Below, piece after piece: positions 57,765 to 64,000 of a stretch of DNA of 64,000 bases. Source of the stretch: a virus; the IMG/VR virus record IMGVR_UViG_3300013131_000002, positions 14,252-78,251 of that record; one strand, given 5' to 3'. Position numbers and translations under genes: made by a program. The notes beneath the pieces are model-generated. The model did not search any database. It was not told where the DNA came from and saw nothing but the letters and a program-made list of their open reading frames with translations. The stretch's first letter is position 1. Every line of letters begins with the position of its first letter.

Positions 57765-59192
57765 TTACGATGCTACACATTGTAGATCTAAGCTGGTATC
57801 GAAACGACGAAGTAAGATACCTGCAGTCTTCAACATGTGAACAGAAGCACCGTCTATATCACTAGCACGAGTGTCGTTTCCAGTGAATCCTTTTGGAACT
57901 ACTGAACCGGCAACACACCAACGTAACATTTCACGACCTTTCTTGTTGATCATTTGTAAGTTGTTCTCACCATCATAAGTAGATTGGTCAACGAACACCA
58001 TACGATAAGACTCAAGTGGAAGACCAGAAACTGGGTGCTTCTTAGATGCTTGAGCAACAGGACCGTGATCGAACAAATGAGATTTAACTACATTAACCTT
58101 ATGGCCATCAACGTGTTCGTAAGTTGTGAAGTAACCAGTGATTCCTAAGTTACGACCAGAACCTGTGATGAAGGTTGGTTGAGTAGTTTGCAAGAAAGTA
58201 TTTGCACCATAGTAAGTCTTCATAGCTTTGTCAAACTCACGAGCTCCACCGATACCAGTGTAAAGGGTAACTTGCTTGTCTGTAGCATCAGTCATACCAT
58301 AGAACAAATCTCCGATAGTCTCTTCAATCTTAGCTTGAGTAAGAGTTGAGTAGCTATCTTTATTAATAATTTGCTCAAGAAGACCAGGACCTGAAATTAC
58401 TGGTTGGCCATTCTCATCAAGCATGGTAGAAGTACCAGATGCATCATGAGTTTTTTGTCCGTACCAGTAGTACATTTCACACTCTTCTTTGAACTTCAAC
58501 ATGTGACGGTACTCTTCGTAATCCATCCACAATTTAGTTTTGCTACCTTCTTTCAAAGGAAGTTCGAACTGTGCAACATAGTCTTTAGCATTTCCAGAGA
58601 AGTGGTAAGACTTACGGATAGTTCCAATCTTAGAACGAACTAAGCCTGGAGCAGTCCAGTTAGATGCATTTCCACGAGAGAAATCGATACCTACGTTAGC
58701 ATACAATTGTCCCCAAAGAGCTCCATCAGCGATGTCAGCATTAGGTACAGAAGTTACATCAGGAGATACTAATTTCAAAGTGTATTTCCAGTTTCCTCCC
58801 TCAGGTACTGGCTCAGCCATAATACGTGCTAATACACCTGATTGAGAAACAAGGGTGTAAGGGAAGATAAACCATTTGTCTGGGAATACTAATGTGAAGT
58901 GAGCTCCACCTGCACCAGCTGAAGAAGCTGGAGAAGCAGTTCCAACACATGGACGAACATTGATTTCGTGTGTTTTAACACGGTACTCATATTCATAACG
59001 ATCGATAGATTTAGTGTTTCCAACACCTTCAGTTAAGAAAGACAATGGGAACTTTTTCTCTTCACGACCAGCTAAGTGAGTAATAATAGGAGATAACTCC
59101 TCTGGACGTTCCATAAGTGCATTAACCAACGAGTTAGTGTCGGTCATCTGACTGTCGTTATAGTACGTCTTTAATACTTGCATTAATGACAT
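57765..59192 (-). CDS. major capsid protein
   Basis: 475 aa; crAss MCP-like motifs (TIRKSYHFSG, GPGLLEQI, YTGIGG, HPVSGLPLESYR); gene order portal-scaffold-MCP. Confidence 0.9.
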   Translation of the reverse strand: MSLMQVLKTYYNDSQMTDTNSLVNALMERPEELSPIITHLAGREEKKFPLSFLTEGVGNTKSIDRYEYEYRVKTHEINVRPCVGTASPASSAGAGGAHFTLVFPDKWFIFPYTLVSQSGVLARIMAEPVPEGGNWKYTLKLVSPDVTSVPNADIADGALWGQLYANVGIDFSRGNASNWTAPGLVRSKIGTIRKSYHFSGNAKDYVAQFELPLKEGSKTKLWMDYEEYRHMLKFKEECEMYYWYGQKTHDASGTSTMLDENGQPVISGPGLLEQIINKDSYSTLTQAKIEETIGDLFYGMTDATDKQVTLYTGIGGAREFDKAMKTYYGANTFLQTTQPTFITGSGRNLGITGYFTTYEHVDGHKVNVVKSHLFDHGPVAQASKKHPVSGLPLESYRMVFVDQSTYDGENNLQMINKKGREMLRWCVAGSVVPKGFTGNDTRASDIDGASVHMLKTAGILLRRFDTSLDLQCVAS

Positions 59193-59223
59193 GATTCTTA
59201 GTTTTTAAAAGTTAATTTGCGTT

Positions 59224-60333
59224 TTATTCAAACAGCCTCTTCATATCCAGTTGGTCTGGATCAAATTTCCTATTTCCGTTCTTGTCAACTTTTCCAAAGT
59301 TTTTAACTCGGTCTTGGTGACTTTGAATTCTATCTCTTAATCCTTTTACACTTTCAGTTTTAGCTTTTGTCTGGATAATGTCTGAAAGGTTCATCCCCTT
59401 ATACATTAAATAGTCAATTGCTAGTTTAACTTCAAGTTCTGCATTTGCATAATCAATATCTCTTTGAGTTCTTCCTGACTGATCTTTTGCTTCAGAGATG
59501 TAGTCAAAGAATTTTGATTTTTCACGATCCGGGATACGAATACCTGCAAACTCATTACCATTACTAATAGTATTTGCAACATCCTCCCAAAACTCCTCTT
59601 GCTGTGCAGCTGCTTCAGCGTTTGCACGTTTTTGCTCTTCGATTAACTGTGCTCTATTTTTTTCTTGAACACTAGCTAAATGTTTTTGAGCTACAAGAGC
59701 TTTATCGTAAAGTTTTCCAGAGTCTTCAAACTCTTCAATCATTTCTTTTACAAATTCTTCATCATGCCCTTTATTTCTAAAGTACTCTGCAACAAATCCC
59801 TTTTGTGATCTTATATCATCTTTAGAGATTTCATAACTTGCATAATCAGAGTTTGGGTTGTAAGCCTCAAAGAATTTTTCAGACTCTCCACCTGCTAGCA
59901 AGAATTCCATATGCTGTTGTAGCAATGGATACTGACCAAACAATTCTTGCAGTTGATCTTCAGCAATATTTTGAGCTATGTCTTTAGTAAGTTCTATGAG
60001 ACCTTCTTCAGTGTCTTCATATTCATTTTCTAATTCATAACCTAATGCTTGTGCAATAGTAGAAGCTACTGATGAATCTCTATCAGAGTCATCTATATCG
60101 TCATCGTTATTATCATCTGTATCGTCGATGTCGTCTTTTGCCCCTTTATTACCTGCAGGAGGATTATCATCTTGATCATCGTCAATGTTATCATCAACTA
60201 GATCATCTTGATCATCATCAATTGTGTCAATGTTACTACCTGAATCCATTGATCCAGAAGCCTCAATTCCATCACCGATTACTCCGTCGAAGGTGATGTC
60301 TGAGAAGTTAATTTTGTCTGTTGGTTTGCTCAT
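59224..60333 (-). CDS. capsid scaffolding-like protein
   Basis: Very acidic N-terminus, helical remainder, directly upstream of the MCP. Confidence 0.7.
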   Translation of the reverse strand: MSKPTDKINFSDITFDGVIGDGIEASGSMDSGSNIDTIDDDQDDLVDDNIDDDQDDNPPAGNKGAKDDIDDTDDNNDDDIDDSDRDSSVASTIAQALGYELENEYEDTEEGLIELTKDIAQNIAEDQLQELFGQYPLLQQHMEFLLAGGESEKFFEAYNPNSDYASYEISKDDIRSQKGFVAEYFRNKGHDEEFVKEMIEEFEDSGKLYDKALVAQKHLASVQEKNRAQLIEEQKRANAEAAAQQEEFWEDVANTISNGNEFAGIRIPDREKSKFFDYISEAKDQSGRTQRDIDYANAELEVKLAIDYLMYKGMNLSDIIQTKAKTESVKGLRDRIQSHQDRVKNFGKVDKNGNRKFDPDQLDMKRLFE

Positions 60334-60336
60334 ATA

Positions 60337-60346
60337 TACAAAGGTA
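60337..60346 (-). promoter_or_regulatory. Bacteroidota -7 promoter element TACCTTTGTA
   Basis: TAnnTTTG ends 5 nt before the ATG at 60333. Confidence 0.6.
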
Positions 60347-60412
60347 TTGGTTTACATTTAACTAAAAAGTATAAATTTATCTTTTATACTTTGCTTTATT
60401 ATATCACACTTG

Positions 60413-60814
60413 TCATTTTCTTACTCCTCCACTTCTCATTATTTCTTGTCCACCTGATGGGCCTTTAGCAGTGCTTGCTAATCCTACTCCAGATGCCTCT
60501 GCTGAATTCACTAAAGGTGAAGCTGGTGCTTGTGGGATTGACATCCTTGTTTGTGGGGCACTTGGTGGATTAGATGGGATTACAGGAACTTGTGGGAGTT
60601 GCTGTTGTGGGGGCACAATCATTTGTTGTGATGGATCTGGAGTTTTAAGAGATTGCAATAGTGGAGAAGCTCCTGCAGCTTGTTGTTGCTGAGCCACAAA
60701 ATCCCCAATGATATCTACTCCTTGGTCGTATGCACGAAAAACTTCTAGGTAATCTCCGTTAAATCCAACGGATTTACCTTTTTCAATAAGGGCTTTTCGA
60801 GTTGCATTATCCAT
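60413..60814 (-). CDS. hypothetical Pro/Gln-rich protein ending in MRSGGVRK
   Basis: 133-aa ORF coupled to the upstream gene. Confidence 0.65.
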   Translation of the reverse strand: MDNATRKALIEKGKSVGFNGDYLEVFRAYDQGVDIIGDFVAQQQQAAGASPLLQSLKTPDPSQQMIVPPQQQLPQVPVIPSNPPSAPQTRMSIPQAPASPLVNSAEASGVGLASTAKGPSGGQEIMRSGGVRK

Positions 60815-61218
60815 TACGACAAGAACTTCAGTTTATATTTTGCTGAATTAAGGGTAGATTTAATTGCATCTAGATCATTTATAATCTCACTATAAGAAAT
60901 CATTTCTTGTAGATTACTTACAGCATCATGTAAATCATCAATATATGCAATTGCTTCTTTTACAGATTTTAAAGATGGAGCTTTTATATTATCTGGATAA
61001 TCTAATAATGTTCCAGAGGCTCCTTGGTATCCTTCTGCAATAGTATCTGCATGTCCTGGTAAAGCATCATATAATTCATTCAATGCTTTGTGTGCTGAAT
61101 AGCTGCCTGGTCCAGTTACATCTTTTAAATGTAGGATATGGAATTTATTAGATGCATCCATTAACTCTACTACAAATCCGGCAACGGCCTTACTTGCATT
61201 TAGTGATTGTTTTATCAT
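60814..61218 (-). CDS. ferritin/Dps-like four-helix protein (DUF5856-like)
   Basis: HILH...SYSAHKAL.ELYD...D.IAEGYQG...YKLKFL. Confidence 0.7.
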   Translation of the reverse strand: MIKQSLNASKAVAGFVVELMDASNKFHILHLKDVTGPGSYSAHKALNELYDALPGHADTIAEGYQGASGTLLDYPDNIKAPSLKSVKEAIAYIDDLHDAVSNLQEMISYSEIINDLDAIKSTLNSAKYKLKFLS

Positions 61219-63440
61219 TGTTCTTCGTTATTTAATTTAGCCATTGTCTGTGCAGATTTAGCTTCAATCTCTTTTTCTTTCATAGCTAACTCATCTTGCT
61301 TAGCTTGAAAGTCTTGCATTAGCTTTTGCAAAGAGATGTTATTAGCAGCGTCTTTTGACTCTGCTGATATTAATGCTACTTCAATTTGAAGTTGTCTATC
61401 TTTCTCTTTATCTATAGCTGCTTGTTGAAGAGCTTTATCTTGCAATTGAAGCTCTTGCTGTTTTTGTTGTTGCATAGCTTGATCTTGAGCTTGCTTCAAT
61501 TGTTCTGCAGCTTTTTCAGCTTGGATAATTTTATCTTTAATTTGAGAGAAACTATCACTTTCAAAGATTGCTGCAACTGCACTCATAGGCATTCCATTCT
61601 GCACAGCTGCTTGTGCTAATCCTTCTATCTTTTGTTTTCTCTCCATATCTTTACCAGCATCTGAAACAAAGATTCCATACTCACTTTCCATATGAGTCAA
61701 CGGATCCACATCAAGTTCACCTAATGTACCATCAGGCATTACATACATTGCCTTCTTACCATTAAGCCATGCTTCTTTTGAATAATCCAAAAGGCCTTGT
61801 AACTCTCGTTGTTCAAAGTGGTTGAACTTTCTAAAGATATCTTCAGTAATATGAGAAGATTGAATAATCGACTGTTGTGATGTAGATTTACCCTCATAGG
61901 TTCCCATTTGTCCTTGACGTTGTCTAGTCACACCACTTAGTTTCTCCCATTCTACCATGATAGATTCAAGTAGGGTTAAGTATTGAGAGATAGTCTTAAT
62001 AGACATATCCAATACAGATTGGTGTTGAGGAGAAAGTTGTACACCTTCTTTATTGTAATCAACCCAAGCAATACCTGTACCTTCTACATAGTACATGAAC
62101 TTATCCATGTCCCAGTTCTTTGGGATCATGTTAATATCGAATTGAGCAACGATGTCTTTAGATCTAGCTATTGCTAACTCAAGACGGTACTTATAGATAT
62201 TGTAGTTCAACTGATATGGGATACCCAATGTTACCAAAGAAACGTTTTGGGAGTTAATATCAGAATACTTTCTTCCATTAATTGGAAGTTTACAAATAGA
62301 TGGGTTATCTAAACTATTACGTTGATTGGCATGTGGACGGATATTGATGTAGAATCTACCATCAATTTTAGTTCCCTCCCACACTTCGTTAACCCATTCA
62401 TAAGTTATTTTTGCTCCAAGCTCTTTTAACTCAGGGGGAAGTTTGAATGTTTCTTCTACATCAAACATCTCTTGGTTTCCAGTATTTGGATCTTGGTATT
62501 GTACAAATCCTATTCTCTTACGAGATTTCCAATATACATTTACAACTTCAATTAATCTATTTCTATAGATATTGTCATCAGCTCCACCGGCTTCTGCACG
62601 GTAAAGTAAATATGCTTGAGCTGTAGTATGTGTTGGGTTTTCTAATTCTAGTATCTGTTGTTCAGTTAGATATTCTCCATAAGCATCTACTATTGTTGAT
62701 GCATGTGAAAACTTTCTAATGATTGCCCAGTCTGCATCTTCTACAAAGTCAATGTCTGGGTCTTTATCGAAGTCGACATCTAGTGGGTTGATTACTTCAT
62801 AGAATGGCTCGTTGCGACGTACTCCTTTGTGTGAGTAGCACTCCCCAGAAATTAAGAAGTGGAACCATTGCTTTTGAAACTTATCATAAATTTCATTGAA
62901 GTACATAATGTAAGTTAAAGCAGCTTGCCCTTTTACTGCTCTTTGATCTACATAAGATCTATTGAATTCATCTAGAATTTGCTTTGGAAGTTGAATGTCC
63001 TGTCCCTCAGGTATTTCTGCTCCTTGTTGTTTTGCAAGTTCTTGTAAAAACTTATTCTTTACATTAGTAAGAAGCATTATTTTTAATACCTCTTCTTTTA
63101 TGCTAACTGCATCTCCATTTTGTACTGTAACTGTAAAGTCTAACGGACGTTTAGATTTTTCCCCTAATAAAAGGTCAATGATTGGTTTGATGATTGGGTA
63201 GTTACGAAGCTTTGATGGAAAGTTCTTTCTTGTTTTTCCATATGGCTTAAGTACATAGTTGTAATCTTCTTCATCGATCACACCATTGTAATAGTCGTAT
63301 AAAGACTTTAGGTAACTGCGACGTTCACTAATACCAAACTTTGATAAATTAATGAATGCATCAACACAATCTTTTCTCCACTTCTCATCTTTTTGATTGA
63401 GTGGAACTCTTTGTTTTGGGATATGGGCTTGTCCGTACAT
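61215..63440 (-). CDS. portal protein
   Basis: 741 aa; NYPIIKPIIDLLLGE, WVNEVWEG, SGVTRQRQG, Gln-rich C-terminal coil; follows TerL. Confidence 0.92.
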   Translation of the reverse strand: MYGQAHIPKQRVPLNQKDEKWRKDCVDAFINLSKFGISERRSYLKSLYDYYNGVIDEEDYNYVLKPYGKTRKNFPSKLRNYPIIKPIIDLLLGEKSKRPLDFTVTVQNGDAVSIKEEVLKIMLLTNVKNKFLQELAKQQGAEIPEGQDIQLPKQILDEFNRSYVDQRAVKGQAALTYIMYFNEIYDKFQKQWFHFLISGECYSHKGVRRNEPFYEVINPLDVDFDKDPDIDFVEDADWAIIRKFSHASTIVDAYGEYLTEQQILELENPTHTTAQAYLLYRAEAGGADDNIYRNRLIEVVNVYWKSRKRIGFVQYQDPNTGNQEMFDVEETFKLPPELKELGAKITYEWVNEVWEGTKIDGRFYINIRPHANQRNSLDNPSICKLPINGRKYSDINSQNVSLVTLGIPYQLNYNIYKYRLELAIARSKDIVAQFDINMIPKNWDMDKFMYYVEGTGIAWVDYNKEGVQLSPQHQSVLDMSIKTISQYLTLLESIMVEWEKLSGVTRQRQGQMGTYEGKSTSQQSIIQSSHITEDIFRKFNHFEQRELQGLLDYSKEAWLNGKKAMYVMPDGTLGELDVDPLTHMESEYGIFVSDAGKDMERKQKIEGLAQAAVQNGMPMSAVAAIFESDSFSQIKDKIIQAEKAAEQLKQAQDQAMQQQKQQELQLQDKALQQAAIDKEKDRQLQIEVALISAESKDAANNISLQKLMQDFQAKQDELAMKEKEIEAKSAQTMAKLNNEEQ

Positions 63441-63443
63441 TAA

Positions 63444-63453
63444 TACAAAATTA
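63444..63453 (-). promoter_or_regulatory. Bacteroidota -7 promoter element TAATTTTGTA
   Basis: TAnnTTTG ends 5 nt before the ATG at 63440. Confidence 0.6.
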
Positions 63454-63517
63454 GGTTCGAAAAATCAGACAAGCTAAATTACAGCTTTTTTCTATAACTT
63501 ATTATAAATATGTCACT

Positions 63518-64000
63518 TTATTGATAATTTCTATCAAACCAATCGTTAGTAGAATTATCGTTGTCATCAAACTTAAGTTCTTTGTTGTAAAGTTCTCTAG
63601 TATGATACATTCCGATCATGAGTGCCATAGCTCGGTCAAAGTTGCCTGTCCTGTTAAATTTGATAAGCTCTAATAGCAATGCTGGGTCATAAATTTTATG
63701 CATGTTTAGTGTAATATCTCCATCCTCAGTTGCTCCTCTACCACTTACTAACCAGTCTCTGATATACAACTCACCTTGAGCTTTACGTTGCTCAGTCATG
63801 TGCATACCGTATTGACGTTTTACTGTCTTACTTCTTAGGTCACGTTTGTCCAGCATCTCGAATTCTTCTTGCAATAGATGCATCTTTCTAAATCGTTTTG
63901 CATATGCAATAACTTCACCTCGGTCATTCTCAAATCCAATCTTTGCATTATAATACTCAGCCAGCATAAACAAATTTCTATTATATTCGTCCTGAGATTG
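63518..64000 (-). CDS. terL: terminase large subunit, C-terminal nuclease part (partial)
   Basis: Frame is open to the window edge; YYNAKIGFEND, LLELIKFN..GNFDRAMAL. Confidence 0.88.
   Translation of the reverse strand, partial: QSQDEYNRNLFMLAEYYNAKIGFENDRGEVIAYAKRFRKMHLLQEEFEMLDKRDLRSKTVKRQYGMHMTEQRKAQGELYIRDWLVSGRGATEDGDITLNMHKIYDPALLLELIKFNRTGNFDRAMALMIGMYHTRELYNKELKFDDNDNSTNDWFDRNYQ

Noticed and set aside
60080-60230. TCA/TCG-rich quasi-repeats
   Set aside because: They encode the Asp-rich scaffold N-terminus and are not a DNA repeat array or CRISPR
16352-63201. Many short + strand ORFs antisense to structural genes (and - strand ORFs in the replication block)
   Set aside because: These are shadow ORFs of long real genes, with no motifs or start context
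60396-63506. TATAATAA about 46-50 nt upstream of the portal and scaffold -7 elements
   Set aside because: Only two instances with unequal spacing in very AT-rich DNA; insufficient support
1-64000. Stop-codon reassignment, as in some Crassvirales
   Set aside because: Genes are full length and densely packed under the standard code; both TAG (e.g. 7094) and TGA (e.g. 6256) act as stops

Overview
This 64-kb window is part of a Crassvirales (crAss-like) podophage genome, probably infecting a Bacteroidota host. The host inference rests on TAnnTTTG promoter elements and A-rich translation starts without Shine-Dalgarno sites. The standard genetic code is used, and I saw no introns, inteins, tRNAs or CRISPR arrays. 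Two convergent blocks meet at a bidirectional terminator near 15.9 kb. The + strand (1-15900) is the replication block: PolA C-terminus, small ORFs, a DnaA-domain-IV-like protein, SF2 helicase, DnaB, Sak4-like ATPase, SSB, primase, endonuclease, rIIA/rIIB, 5'-3' exonuclease, UDG and a DUF1599-like gene. The - strand (64000-15944) is the virion block: TerL, portal, ferritin-like protein, scaffold, major capsid protein, ring/hub/fibre/muzzle proteins, and five cargo/ejection genes including the virion RNA polymerase (DFDVD motif). The most striking observation concerns the three giant ejection proteins (2431, 2382 and 1552 aa). By eye they contain only four cysteines in 6365 residues, all at the facing ends of neighbouring proteins, which suggests a head-to-tail disulfide-linked ejection chain. 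Also notable are a shared [YFM]xxGG motif in putative capsid-internal proteins and host-type promoter elements placed 5-7 nt before start codons. All annotations come from motif recognition and gene order; no database searches were run.
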